From assembly GCA_013265495.1 (NCBI GenBank), contig MU058418.1, forward strand, positions 2,258,917 to 2,322,916: DNA of 64,000 nucleotides, given 5' to 3'. Source of the DNA: Vicugna vicugna. Lineage: Eukaryota. A program made the position numbers and the translations under genes. A model generated the notes under the pieces. It saw only the letters and a program-made list of their open reading frames with translations. It had not been told where the DNA came from and did not search any database. Of the stretch, positions 38,906-52,559 are shown piece by piece. Each line of letters begins with the position of its first letter. The stretch's first letter is position 1.

Positions 38906-39294
38906 CTACTAAGCCATCCTTAAAAAAAACAAAACAAAACAAAACAAAAAAAAACCATGGAGCACCTACCGGATGCCAAGGAAAAAGAGCAAGAAGTCTG
39001 TAGAGCTCCCACCCAAAGTTACTCCAGTCGTGTGAGGGAGGCAGAGGAGCACACGGGCATGGGCGTTCCTTGGGCTGCCGGAACAGAGGAGGGGTGCCCG
39101 CCCAGCCTGTGTGCCAGGGAGTGCTCCCTCGGTCGGTGCTGGTCCTGCTCTGTCCTCCAGGCAGAGGGGGAGCCAGCCACGAGGGGACAGGGAGGTCACT
39201 ACCACTACCTGTTACTACTGAGTCGACTCATTCAAGGTCAGTGACTCCAGTGCTTTTGAGATCACCAGTCCCTGTGGTCCTCCACTTTCTTTAA

Positions 39295-39495
<201 letters not shown>

Positions 39496-39685
39496 CAAGA
39501 GCAGGTCCCCGTGGTGGCCCAGAGAGGGACCAACAGAGCACCATTTACAGATGTTCTGACCTGTTTGTCTCATCTTAAAAAGGTGATTTCCCATCAGTCC
39601 TTTACATCAGGTTTTCCCTCTTTGTGTAACTGGTGAATTACAAATCACTGGCATTAAAAAAAATGACTGAATATTCTGCTGTCAT
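39496..39685 (+). other. FIG4: FIG4 3' UTR (short; end approximate)
   Basis: Follows the stop codon; ATTAAA at 39653-39658, then a T/GT-rich downstream element (gcgtttgctttatt). Confidence 0.7.
39653..39658 (+). terminator. FIG4: Polyadenylation signal ATTAAA of FIG4
   Basis: Common PAS variant about 160 nt after the stop, with U-rich sequence downstream. Confidence 0.7.
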
Positions 39686-39879
39686 TGCGTTTGCTTTATT
39701 TCAGAAATACTTTGTTTAGAAATGCAGTCAAAATAGTATCACACCATCACATTAAGATGCTGACAGGTATCAGAGGACCTGCTGTGTGCCAGGCACTGTG
39801 GTGGAGTCCAAGAACCACACAGTAACCACAACAGGCCAAAAATGTCCCCTTGTGTGAAATGGAGGCAGAGTATTTTTCT

Positions 39880-40175
39880 TTGTAGTTCACATTTAAAAAA
39901 ATTTATTCTGATGGTTTTTATGTTAAACTTTATGTTTTTATTAAAAATTTATTATCTTGAAAGCCCTCGTTCTTAGGAAGTAAATCCTGAAATATTTATA
40001 GATAAGGAGACAAGATGTCAACAAAATGCTCTCTGGTGTTTCAGGTAAAAAGAACAAATGATATAGCAAATGCATCAAAATATTAATAGTTGGTGAATCT
40101 GGAGAAGAATAAACAAGTTCTTTGAACTACTTTTACAGTTTTTCTGTAAATATGAAATTACATCAAAATGTTAAA
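39880..40175 (+). mobile_element. Old L1ME-type 3' end
   Basis: ctgaaatatttatagataag...ttaatagttggtgaatctgg...tttttctgtaaatatgaaatt. Confidence 0.65.
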
Positions 40176-43100
40176 ATGTGCTACTCTGCGTAGCTTTTGT
40201 GCTGAGCAGTTGCATTACATGATTTGCTGTTTGGTGTCCAGTCAGGGTTGGCGCACGGCACGTATGGTTTGTTCTCCATATGGTCAAATATGATGTGGAT
40301 AACTTTCTGCATTTTCTGACAATTTTATGCAAATGATTTGATCTTACTATGTTTTTTCTGACAAATTGTCTCAACTCTCCCTCCTCATAATAAAATGGAG
40401 AAGAAAACCAAGCTGTCTAGTGGGAGGAGGAAAACTGATCAACCTAAGTGAACTTTAAGGTGTCGCCAACCCCGAGATTCTGGGAATCTGTGAAAGGTTC
40501 TATACTGCAGATAAAAGTTTTAGCCCCTAATTCACAGTTTTGATTGATGCCATCATAAAATCAGAATTAAAGAATAATGAAATAACAGGCAAGAGGAATT
40601 CTGGGTGACGCTGTTTGGATGTTGTGGGGCTGCACCCTGAAGGCCTGCCAAGCCGGTACTCACTCAGCTTCAAGGTCAAAGAAAGAGCCTGGACTCAGCT
40701 ACAGAGACATCAGTGGTTTAATGGAAATGGGAGCTTACAAGTCTGAGACAAGGTCCTGGAGCGACTCCCCACCCTGTACAGCAGACAGCATGCAGGACAA
40801 GGCGGAGGTCTTTGCCTCCTGAGGAGAAGGAGGTTACCAATTACAGGGAAAATTGAGGTCAGGTTGAATCATCAGTTACCAGGGAAACTAGCGGAGGGGC
40901 ATGCCCTTCATGGCCTCTTTGATAAGCTGTCAGGTGGAGATGTTCTAATCTAAAGGCTGGGGTAGGAACAACCATGTAGGAAGGTGAGTCATGTGAGTAG
41001 ATGTATGTGATGCAGGCGCTGGTCGGGCAGGGGATGCAGAGAGAGCAAGAGAACAGCCAACCTGTGTGGCCTGACCACACACTCCTCCCCTACAAACCCT
41101 GCACGACCGTCACAGTCCTGGTCCACCCCTCTTCTGTGATATCCCTGGGGTTGGGTATGTAGGGGGACACTGCAACCAGACACCACAAATTCAGTAGACA
41201 CCAGCAGCCAAAGAGTATCAAGCGTAAGATACCTAGTATGTTAAGAACAGTCATTCACCAGGATGTGGGCAAAATTTGGAGCCAAGTGCTTACCAGGTCA
41301 ATGGAAGGGGGAGTCTATGGTGGCAAAGCCATGTCCAGTTGTAAGGAAGGTAAGGCCACCTCACCACTGGTTTTCACAAGCCCAGAGCCACCCCCATGGG
41401 AAGGGGAAGGACTGGCTCTAAAAGATTCCGATGGCCTAGCCAGGAGTCAGCAGTCAGTCCAGGCCTGCCACCCCATGTTATGCTGAGTGACATTAGGGGT
41501 GGACCCAGTAGGTCTTTCCAAACACAAATCAGTTAATCCCACTAGTTGGACCCCTGTGTCCAGAAGCCAGCCTATTCCACTCCACACAGCAAGCCCAGGG
41601 GCTCATGGGCAGTTGTCATGGCAAAGGGTACGACATGTGATACAGTGACATTTATTAACAGGCCATATTGGCATGAGGGACAGGAAGATGGTCAGTCTTT
41701 CCCCCACCATTGTCAGTCATCCCCACGTGGTTGCATCAGCTGGGTCAATTTTTCATGGAAGTCCAGAGGAAGGAGATAGCAGCATTTCACTGGACTTTGC
41801 AATTAGACTCATTTCACAGTGAGGCCACTGTTGCTGCTCAGTACAGAGATTTCCCTCAGGCTAGGGACAAAATGTAAGACATCTATAACAGGGACAACAC
41901 GAGAGATCATGACAATTAAGCAAAATACAAGCAGTCACTGCATTCTGAGGTAACACCACACCCGCCTGTGGGTTTTGTCCTGGTCTACAATACAGTTCAG
42001 AAAACTCAAGTTTTCAGTAAAATAGGAACACGTCCAAAATCAGGCCCACAATGGCCTCCTAGTTTTACCTTAGCTGTCTGAACCACAGCTACTCCATTTT
42101 GATTTTCAAATGCATTCCCCTCCACAATGGCCAAAGCAGATGCACGATGTTTGTTCCACAGGCCACAAAACATGCCACTCCATTCAGTAAAGCTTAAGTT
42201 AAACCATGTATAAGCCAGAATAACTTCCCCATAACTCAACATGTGAAGACTTTTCCATCATTTCCCCTTTTAATTGCAAATCTTTTGCTAGACCAAAGTA
42301 TATGTCCTCTGGAGACAGATGAATGCCACCTGCCTGCCCTGGGTCCAGATCATGTCCCTCGGTGCTAGGCCTCCTTTATATTTGCCTAGTTATCCACATT
42401 GGAGGAAAACTGATCCAATATTGTGACCAAGCTCAGAAGTATGTTGATGGGAAAACATTTTAGAGGATATACCTTTTATCAAGTACACCTAATTGTTACA
42501 CAAGCATTGTATTTGTGCTTTTAGCAGCAGACTTAAAGCAATGTTACATATCATGAGTAGTTATGCTCTGTGACAACTTCACTAGAGAACTCTCCTTCCA
42601 TCCGGAACATCAGGGCAAAAGTCTCGGTAACACAGTAACTCTTAAATACAGACCTCAGTTGGCAGACCTAGAATTTAATATCCACTGAAACATTTTTCTT
42701 TCCAAAATTACCCTCATCTCCACCAAACACAACCCAATCAATACTAATCTGTTTGCAAAATAAGTCTGGTCAGTTGAGTGCAAGGCTCCTCCAAACTGGC
42801 TGTGGTGGAACTCCTCAGAAGGAATCTCAGACTGAATTCCCAAAAGGTCTCTCAAAGCCAGGAAAAACCATGCCAAAGGCCTACCATCATGCTCCACCTC
42901 AGTGAATTCTCTCTTCTAGAGGTCCCCAAAATATCAGGATTCCTGCACATGCCAGGAGACAGTCTTTCCCATTCACCTGATAAGGCTGCTCAGAACCCAA
43001 GAGTCTCCAATTTCTGGAGGGATCAGGCAGAGAGAAAAGAAGTGATTCAATTCTACCCACAGGTGTAGCTTATCAAATTGCTATAAGTCATAACTAAATT

Positions 43101-44563
43101 GAGGGGAAGGGTTTCCCTATATCTAGCAAACACAGATCAAAACCATCAATATTCCAGACAAAAGCCGTAAAAATTATAACCATATTCACCAGTTCACTCA
43201 GTAACCAATCCTTTGTTAACTTTTTATGAAGCCATCAGGTTTTCCACTAGGATTCTTTAATTTCTTACTCAGTTTAGCAATATGATATGAAATTAATCAG
43301 AGATCTTTTGTACTTGTCAAAAAGTCCCTCCTATGAATCTTCTTGAAGAGGAGGCACTTTTTACAAAGGCATCAGAGTGCAACAGTAACTGTCTATAAAT
43401 GACAGAAGACTTAAAGGCACAGTTCAACCTGATTTAATTGGAATTATGACTGATTATAATCTTAACCCTTAAAAACCTTAATCTCTGGCAAAAACTAAGA
43501 AGCAAGCAATTGTGAACCGTTCATCATACCAGCATGTCCTGATTGGAAAACTTACGCTTTAGTCTCCCTCTCCTAAGAAGGCAAAGGTAGGTAAACTTAG
43601 ACCCACCCAGCAATTAATGTGCCAATATTTTATCTTATTTGAAATGACCTAGATAGTTAATGAATTCTCTTCATTTACTTAGTTTAGTTTAAAGTTACCA
43701 AAATCTAGAGAGATTATTTTAGATAGATATTCCCAAAACATAATTATTCCTACAGAGTTTACCTAAAAACTCTCATCTCATTTACATTAAAAGTTTCATC
43801 ATATCAAGTTATTTTCCTTGCTGATAAATTTGCAAAAGGTATAACAAGGTCTTATTTGTCCTCTAGTAAACCTAGGTACAAAAGCAATATTATACTTAAG
43901 ATTAATGACTCTAAAGACATATCTACATTAATGAAAGCAACAAGCTTAAGCTAGCTTCAATACCAGATTATTGATTCAGTGCTGAATATTTCTCAGATCC
44001 AGTGAACCTGAAATTCACTCTGGCTAGTTTCTTTTATATTTCTGAGAATTTATATAAGCGCTTAATTTTTTTAAGCCAATTAAACAGAACTCATCCACAA
44101 ACCAAACTTGGCAATGCCATTTGGAAGCAGAGACACATCATATTTATAAAGGTACACAGAGACATACACATGTATAGAGAGAGAAATCTCAGTTTTCCTG
44201 CTTGAGTTTAAAAACTCCTTTTCTTCCCCGTTTCATCTCAAGAGTCAGATGTTTAAAGTTCCAGAGAGCCCAGGTAAGTCATTTACATCTCAAAGGCATG
44301 AGACAAGAATTACCAGTTCCTTCTAGAAAACTGACTTCTTCTAACGGCATATGCAAAAAACAGTTTTAGAACGTCAAGAGTCCGATCTTGGACATTTTTC
44401 AGGGATTTTTTTGTTTCTAAATAGCCAATTCAGTTTAAACAAATAACAGTAATAGACAATAGACAATAATATGTATCATTTAGTCACATGCACATGCCTC
44501 ACTTTCAGAGGAACACGAATCAGCATTCAGGTTAACCTTTGCCTTGGCTGTTAGCTCAGCCTC

Positions 44564-45192
44564 TGTGACCTTAATATAAAAATCAACCACCAGCCTGATG
44601 GAGTCAAAACGGCTTCCCTGATGCTAAGGCAGCTTAAAGCATATACTATGATTGATTAGCTTGTTTTCTTCAAATTCTTTCTAGCTGACTAACCTGTTTT
44701 CCCTTCTTCTACTATCGTTTGATTTGCCTCATTGATTACATGGTTAGCAACCCCAACCCTGTGATTTATGCCTCACCCTAAATAATCTGCACCTAAAACC
44801 ATAAGCTATGTTCCAGGAAGAGGGTCACAGAATGATAACCTTAGGAAAATGATCAGATCTTCCAGAAGCCCCCCAGGATGCCGAATGGATTAGATCAAGA
44901 TAGGAGAGGTTGTGGGCAGATGACCCTCTGGTGGACCACCTGAAGTTCTCGTGACGCCTAACGAACTCTTGTAAAAAGAGCAATGTTGCTATCACTGCTG
45001 CGCTCCGTCCTGTTTACCTATATAATCACCAAGCCCCAACCCCAAGATGGATTCACAGTCTCTAAGGCATTAGACTGCTGTGGCTCCCCTTTGCCCAGCA
45101 AAGCAATAAAGCTGCTCTTTTCTTTGCTCCCAAACTTTGCCTCTGAGTTTAAATTCACTTTTCAGGGAGCATAGGCAAATTTTTCAGTAACA
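44564..45192 (+). mobile_element. Nested solo LTR (ERV1-like)
   Basis: TGTGAC...tatataa...gcaataaagct...GTAACA; no clean TSD. Confidence 0.65.
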
Positions 45193-45397
45193 AGCCCACA
45201 GCTGTGGCCACCACCTTATTGTCTAACTTTATTCCCACTGTAATTGTTGACTAAGCTGCTCCAGGTCTTTGCTTAAAACCCAGCAACCCCCAGCTTTTAA
45301 GCGGGAATGTCCTTGCTCACAACTATCTAACCCCGACATTTAGCATGAACGTCCTCCCTCGACACCTGCCAACACCCCCACCCATATTTTTAGCTGG

Positions 45398-45913
45398 TGT
45401 TAACATAAATCTTTAAGTTAAAGGGTCCAGAGATAAGGAAGCTACGAACAAACGAAAAACCAGATTGAACCAGCTGGGACCAAGATGCCAAGAATCTAAC
45501 CTCCAACAGACCCTGAATCTCATTATACAATGATTTTACCACATTGGCATATTAAATGACACACCTACTAGGAGCCACAACCAGACATTAAGGACTCACT
45601 GCCTTAAAAAAGCCCTGCCCCCTCCCCAGTAGATGAATGCATATGCCTCCCCATCATCAGCCTCACTCCTCCTTTGTCTTTACTCTTTAAATTAAATAAC
45701 TCTCACCAGGTGGGCGAGAAGTGGATTTGTGAACTTAGTTCCTGCATCTCCATTCTCTGGCCACTAAATGTAGCTTATGCTGTGTGGATCTTGGCTTCGA
45801 TTTTGTTATTTGCCTACTGAAACCGAAGGGAAAAAGAACCCTCCCCTGCTAAGGCAGAGAGCCTCGGCTGGGCTAGGGCTGGAGCAGGGTCCCCAGTTCT
45901 TAATTCAGTAACA
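45398..45913 (+). mobile_element. Nested solo LTR (ERV1-like)
   Basis: TGTTAAC...ccaagatg...ccttaaaaaagccc...GTAACA; no clean TSD. Confidence 0.65.
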
Positions 45914-46159
45914 TAATGTTGGCCGGTAGCTCCGCAACGGCCTTCGGGGTGCCCATGAGTTCTCCGCACCGTCTTGGCGGCCCCCACTCATCACGGGCAG
46001 TCACCACAGGGCCCGCATACTAGTGGACGGCCGCCCCGGGAAATCCCGCGCCGTGTTCACGATCACCCCCACCACTCAGGCCCCGCATACTAGCAGACGG
46101 CCCAGCAACTTTCCATTCTCCGTCCTTATTTCCCGACCTGAGTTCAAGGGAGTCTCCGT

Positions 46160-46177
46160 CTCCTGGCTGCTCCGCCA
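46160..46177 (-). promoter_or_regulatory. Retroviral primer-binding site, tRNA-Arg(ACG)-like
   Basis: TGGCGGAGCAGCCAGGAG versus TGGCGAGCCAGCCAGGAG (complement of the tRNA-Arg-ACG 3' end as recalled), immediately after the 5' LTR. Confidence 0.75.
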
Positions 46178-46814
46178 ACAGTTGGGCTGCACCCCGCAGG
46201 CCCGCCAGGCCTGTACCCGCCCAGCTCCAAGACCACAGAAAGAGCCGAGTCAGTGACAGAGACATCAATGGTTTAAGAGAAAGGGGGAACTTACACGTCT
46301 GAAGCAGGGTTCCGGAGTGGCTTCCCACGGTGTGAAGAGGACTGAGGGCAGGGAGCAGGGCCCCGGCAGTCTTCACTCCGGGAGGGGGGGTGGGGTTAGT
46401 GGTTTGGGGAGAATTGACTTCAGGTTGGCTCATTAGTTACCAGGGAAACTAGCAGAGGGGAATGCCCCTCACCGCCTCTTTGATAAGCTATCAGGTGGAG
46501 ATGTTAGAATAATCACTAGCTGGGGTGGGGGCAAGTGTGTAGGAAGGTCAGTCCTGCGAACAGGTGTAGGTGAAGCAGGAGCTGGTTGAGGAGGGGATGC
46601 ATAGAGAGCAAGAGAACAGCCAGCTTGGCCTGATCACACAGCTGTCTACCACAATAGCTTGCTGCTATGCTGTGAGAGCTCACCTCAGTCTTCCCAAATC
46701 CAACAGTACTCCCAAGTTGCTGGGGAGAGGTCAGGTGATAGATCAAACATGGATTTTTTTTTAAATTTATGTTTAACATGGCTTCTTGGGGGTCCATCTC
46801 CTTATGATAACAAT

Positions 46815-46970
46815 GGAGTCTGCGAAGATCTGGAACCCAGGTCTTCTTTCATAACCTTTTCCAGCTGTAAAGTAAGGATAACATCCCTGCTTTGTTGGTG
46901 TGCTGTGAAGTTTAGAGATAATGTGTGTAAAACAGGCAGCCGTGGTTCCTGGCACGTCCGCGGTGCTCAG
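46815..46970 (+). mobile_element. MIR fragment
   Basis: ctgtaaagtaaggataac...gtgaagtttagagataatgtgtgtaaa. Confidence 0.6.
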
Positions 46971-47324
46971 GGAATGGACAGTTGCTGCTGACACAGCAGT
47001 AGTGGATGGCTGGTGGTGGCAGCAGAGATGGTAGTTTTCTATGAACACCCTGGTGTTCTCGATTTAAGACAGCTGCTTGTGTCCTCAGAGATGACAGAAT
47101 TTTGACATAACAAGATGGTACTGGAACTATTAATTTTATGATTAGTTCAGGTTTTTTTCAACTTTAGGCGTACAAGGAAAACCTTAGCAAAGCAGATATA
47201 ACATTTAACCTCTAGAAAGCCCAAGGAGCATGTAGATGAAGTGAATGTGTACATGAAAGCGCTAAAAAGCTAACACGTGATAGAAAGTATAGGGGCTGCT
47301 CTAATTTTCAGGCCCAAAGGGAAG

Positions 47325-47515
47325 AAATATGAAGTGGTTAAGAGCATGAGCTGCAACCCCCATCACTTTCAAGTCGCTATGGGGGCTCTGAACAATCACT
47401 CAGTGTCTCTAAGCCTCAATTTTCTCATCTGATCTAGAGAGTTGTTGAAAGAAGTAATACCTACAAAGCACTGGGCATGGCATCTATCACGTAGTAAATA
47501 TGTGCTAAATGTCGG
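47325..47515 (+). mobile_element. MIR fragment
   Basis: gtggttaagagcatg...ctctaagcctcaattttctcatctg. Confidence 0.65.
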
Positions 47516-49329
47516 CTTAAAAAGATCCCTGGTAACGTGTAATCAGCACCACTTGCTAACCTGGTGCCTGAGCGTCATCCCAAACCAAGGCCATGTACCC
47601 ACCCAGCATGCCCTAGTCACAGAGTTTGAGCTTAGACTTTGTGGGTCCAAACTGAAATTATTTTACATGAAATCCTTTTCTCCATAGAAAAATGACTCCT
47701 CTCAGAATTCAAATGGACTTTGTTCTTCACTTGTATGCAAATAAATTAGTTGCCACTTGAAAATGAGATTCCAACTTTAGCTCTACAGTGGGGAGTCTGA
47801 AAATCACCCTGTGTCTTCTTATGTTTCACAGTAAAGCCTTTTCCCCCAAGTCAGTGAGTTTTCTCCTCCCTAGAATTTACCAGAGGCCGAGTCAGAAGTG
47901 TTTTCTCCCCTTGGGAAACAACGTGCCTCCCAGTTGTCCTCACATGTGCCTTTGGGGTTGGCTGCTCAGAATGAAATTGCTAGAGTGGGCAGAGAAGGCG
48001 CAGCTGGCTTCACGACCCAAACACGTTTTGAAATCACGTTTTGCTCTTTTCAAATCAGTTTAAAGCTACATTCCCTTTTACTGGTTGGCCCCCATAGCAT
48101 TTTTTGTTATACTGAGATAAGTACGCTTGTCAGAATCTCTGCTCCCTGACAAACAATTAAGCTAACTGATGATTGTTACGGTTAAATAAAGCCTTCATTG
48201 AAAGAAGCATGATCTGTTTTACTTCCTTACTGAGACTGAATTCCCTCCCTTTGGAAGAGGTAATGGATTATTTTGGAAGCTGCACGTGTTGTGATGTGCA
48301 CCTAGGTAGGTCAGGTGTCTCTGTCCGCACATGAGCAGCCTTCTTCAATAGACTCTTGAGTCCCCTTGTCATTTTCAGGAGCTGGAGGGCCATTAACTAA
48401 TAAAGAGCAGTAAGCTATTGTTTAACTCTTGCTACCCACACCCAAAATGTTTTTATGGGTTCATTTCTTTGGTACATTCATCTGAGTGGACTCCCAGGTA
48501 GCTGCCATCCAATTGGTAAATTAAAGTGTAGTCTGAATTGATCCTCTGTAGTTGAAGAAGACTTGTATCAAAAAGAAAATTTCAAAATGAAACAACTTGC
48601 ATTAGTTTATAAAGAAAAGGTCTGGAAAATAGGATCTGCTAAACTAGGCAGCAGCCAAGATGCTGGTCAAATGCAGAAGAAACATGGCATGGCTAATGGG
48701 GAGAGGATCAAAGATACTCTTGCCTCAAGGTTAGTTGCAGAAACAAAGCAAGTGCCTCAATCTGCATTTTCTTTGCTGCTAAAAAGCAAGTCTTTCTGGC
48801 ACTCCCCTAATACAAGCATTCTTTTCTTTTAAAATAGGAATTATATATATAATTTGAAAACTGAGTTTCTTCTCTTCCTTGTCCTTCTCCCCATCCCCCA
48901 ATCACTGTACTTTAGAAGTGGTTGAGCTGATGATGAAATTGACCATCTGGCCCTGGGGTGGCAGAATATCTACGATGAGCACATCCCCAAAGGTCTCGCA
49001 CTCAGGGAACAAGGACGGATGTCGTGACATCACCTCTGGCCACAGTGGCTGGATAAAGCTCTGGGTGATTTCCTGTGGGGAGGGAGTGCATGCTTAAATT
49101 TGTGAGTCCTCTGGCTTACATTAGAAGATGTTTCTGGAATGAATGGAGGAAGGAGATGTGTGTGTGTGCTGGGCAGCTAGTGTGTGCCTACTGTTTTGTC
49201 CAGCATGTCTCTTCTTCAGAGGAGTGCCCGCCCTCCACCCCACCCACCACCATCCCTCCTCTTGCCCCGGAGTCATTAGGTCAGGGCAGGAGAGTAAGAG
49301 GAAATCCCACTCCTCCTTTCTTCCTTTAC

Positions 49330-49790
49330 TTGAATTCATTGAGCATCATTTAGTGTGTTTGGAGCCTCTCTAGCTTGTGGAGTTTAATGAGTTAAGGGAG
49401 AGGAAGACTGTTTCTTGCCCTGAGGAGACTGAAGCCTAAAGGGAAAGACAGATGTGTAAACAACCTCATACAACAGGATTTCTCAAGATCACAGCTCAGC
49501 ATCAAGCTGTTGGAGCCCCAAGGAGGGTGTAAGTAACTTCTAGGGTAATGAGGACATTTTTCCTGAACTTGGTTTTAAGAGAATGAGTAGGAACTTGACA
49601 CATCAGGGTCGCAGAGACAGCACTCAAGAGAAGGATGGAAATAAGGAGTACAGCCTATTTGAGGGGCTGGCATGTCATTAGGCATTGCTGGATGTGGGGA
49701 TGGTGGTGGGAGGAGGGGGAGGAGATGCAAGGGAGAAAGCGGGAAATGAAGATGGAAAGAGATCAGGTGAGATCTGAAGGGCCTGACAGC
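49330..49790 (-). mobile_element. L2 fragment
   Basis: ttcattgagcatc...cttgccctgaggag...gaatgagtagga. Confidence 0.55.
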
Positions 49791-49796
49791 CTAGCG

Positions 49797-51216
49797 CAGT
49801 GATTCTCAAACTTTTTCTCTCAGAACCTCATTACAATCTTCCAAGTTATTGAAGACCCCAAGAGCTTTTGTTTACGAGTCAAATCTATCAATATTTATGA
49901 CATTTAGAAAATTGAAACCGATAACTTCTAAATATGTATGAATTTGTTAAAAAAATCCACTCCATGTTAACATAAACAGCACACTTTCATGAAACAATAA
50001 CTTTTCTGAAACAAAACCCAGCTATAATAAAACCAGCGCATGTTAGTAAAAATAGCACTGTTTATGAATAGTAGCTTTCCCAAAACAAAATAAATGCCTA
50101 AAAAAGACTGGTATTTTTTTACATTTCCAAATCTTTTTAACGTCTACCTAATGGAAGACAGCTGGATTCCCGTTTTCTTCTGAATTCAATCTGTTTTGAT
50201 ATCCTGTTTTGGTTAAAGCTTATGAAGAAAATCGATCCTCATACAGATACAAAGTTGGAAGAAGGAGGAGACTTTTTACATAACTGTGCTATTGTTTCTC
50301 ACTACACCAAACCTCAGTAAGTGGTAGTTTCTTAAAGGATTAGTTGCATTGTGGAATCTGAAACCATATCAATGAACTTTTCAGCCTGTGAAGTAAAAAT
50401 CCGTTGGCCTGTCTTATGTCTTACACTTAGAATGCTTGATTTTATAACACCACACAATGGTCAGCTGGGAAGTACTGGCTCACTGAGGCAGGCACATCTT
50501 CCAGATATTGACATGTTTGTTTCTAGCCAACCAATCTGCTAGAAAAGCTTTTAAGCATTGGGAAATCGCCAAGCTCACAGTGTAGATACTAGTTTTCCAA
50601 AATTCTAATGTTTGCTTGAAAGCTCAAGTTTTATAATTGGCAACAAATACCACCAGTTTTTCAAGTAATGACAGGCAGGTTCACTTTGTTCATTTTCAAA
50701 AAAAAAAAGGGGGGGGTGTTGAATACCCAAGCTTCATAATTGTAGTTTGTCTGACAGTCCTTGTTTCAAGAAAAAATGGTCTTCCATGAAAAGAATGGCT
50801 AGTTCAGCCTACAACTCAAACAATTACAACATTCCTCAAGGTAACCATTGTACTTCAGATACACTTCCCATATCATCACAGACTATTTCAAAAGACTGTA
50901 TTCAAGGGTGGAGATTTAATAAAATTAATCATTTTTGCTGTTTTATCAGGGACATTCTTAAGTGAAGCTGGTGGCTTATTGAGCATGTGCAGTGATGAAG
51001 TAGGCTAACCTACTGTTACAGTGTCCCTGCCTTGATGGGTGCTAAGTCTCCAACAGTTTTACGCCTATGACTTTTGCACCATCAATGTCAACGTCAACAC
51101 AGTGAGAAAGGCAGTAATATCTCAGTATCATTAAGAGAAGAGTTTGACTTGGCCGACTCCTTGAACCGATCCCAGAAACTCCCACGGACCCACAAGCTGC
51201 ACTTTGAGAACCACTA
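49797..51216 (-). mobile_element. Charlie1a/b-like hAT transposon with both terminal inverted repeats
   Basis: TIRs cagtgattctcaaa (from 49797) and tttgagaaccacta (to 51216); antisense transposase remnant at about 50760-50860 homologous to the 12.2-kb copy. Confidence 0.85.
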
Positions 51217-52559
51217 TGCTGAGGGATTACAGGCTTCCGGTGGTAAGCAGTGGACAGTTGGGACCCGCTGAGGATCTTTGGCTGGACACGCTCTCTTCTG
51301 GACGCTCAGAGCATCTGGGCTTCTTACTGCACTTACTGCACTGTTCTGTGGAGTGTTAGGTGTCTGTCTCCCCAGGATGAGTCACATCACACTGGCCTGT
51401 GCCTCCAAGCCCAGAGCCCCCTCGCTGGAACTCAGCAACCACTGCTGAATGAATACCATGAGGGTGACTCTGACAGCATGGTGACACTAGGGAGGCTCAG
51501 GACCAGCAGGTGGCTTGAGTCATCCTCTTGCCTATAGGTGTTTGGCCCATTTAGAAAAATGGGAGCCCACTCCTCTTAAAAGATATCCAAGGAAGATTTG
51601 ACTGTACCTTCTTTTAACCCCTCACTTTCCAACCTGTTTCATGACCATCTGCTACCAGCCAGCAGTGTACTAAGTACAGACTATATGCCTTGTTTTTCTG
51701 GAGAAGAGATTTATGTGAATATAAAATTTGCTTTTAATATCACATCCAAAAGAATTAGCTAGTGCAGAACCTTAGTTTTATTGGACTTGGTTATTGTAAC
51801 ATAATAAAATTGTACTGACAATGTTAAAAATTCTTTACTATGTATTTTTTCATCTCTCTTTATTGACTTTTGGTAGCTATTTAGCAGGGCAAGGTAGACA
51901 CATGGTTATAATAATGTGCTTTTCTTTTTTTTTTAACTATTCACTTAACTGTGGAGAAACATGGTGTAACTTTCCGTTTCCAGATAAACTAGCTGTGGGG
52001 ATCTGTTTTTTTCCAAGATATGGCTGACAATTTTGTTAAGTTCAGTTTTGACTCAATAAAATCTAAAGGCTCTGAAAAATCAGTCTGAGAAAAGATACCA
52101 CATTTTGGCAAATCATGTGATAAAATCTTTATGAATCTCTCTTCTCTGATTATGAAGTCATCTTTCATTCAGTTCAATAAAACATTTAATTTTGTCTGTA
52201 TCTTCAGAGGCAGAAATTCACAGGTCAGCTTGTTCACAGAAAACATTTAGTAAATGGAAGTATATGACCTTTCTAATCATTTCAGGTCAATTAAACTTGT
52301 GTAAAAAATCTATTTTATCTTTCCTCATGAAATTTTTGGGACAAAGATTTAAATCTGGGGTAATATGTCTGTATAAACCTTCTGAGTGTCTTCCACATTA
52401 AAAAAAAAAAGTCTCTTTAGGAAACTCAGATGTACTACCAACATTAAGGACCCTTATTTTACATACTTTCTAGGATGAATAAGTTTTTTTTTTTAAACAA
52501 AGTCAACTTGCAAGGGATTGGCAGACACTGTGAAGGGAGACCTCTGGACCTGGGTCAGA

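Larger units (their letters stand above)
40620..46640 (-). mobile_element. Decayed ERV1-type provirus with two related LTRs and nested solo LTRs
   Basis: 3' LTR 40620-41081 preceded on the minus strand by a polypurine tract (ggggaggag, 41082-41091); 5' LTR about 46180-46640 followed by a PBS; AT-rich internal region without intact ORFs. Confidence 0.8.

Noticed and set aside
41100..42500. Intact or domesticated env/pol gene in the provirus
   Set aside because: Only short ORFs are present, with no convincing RT, integrase or Env motifs.
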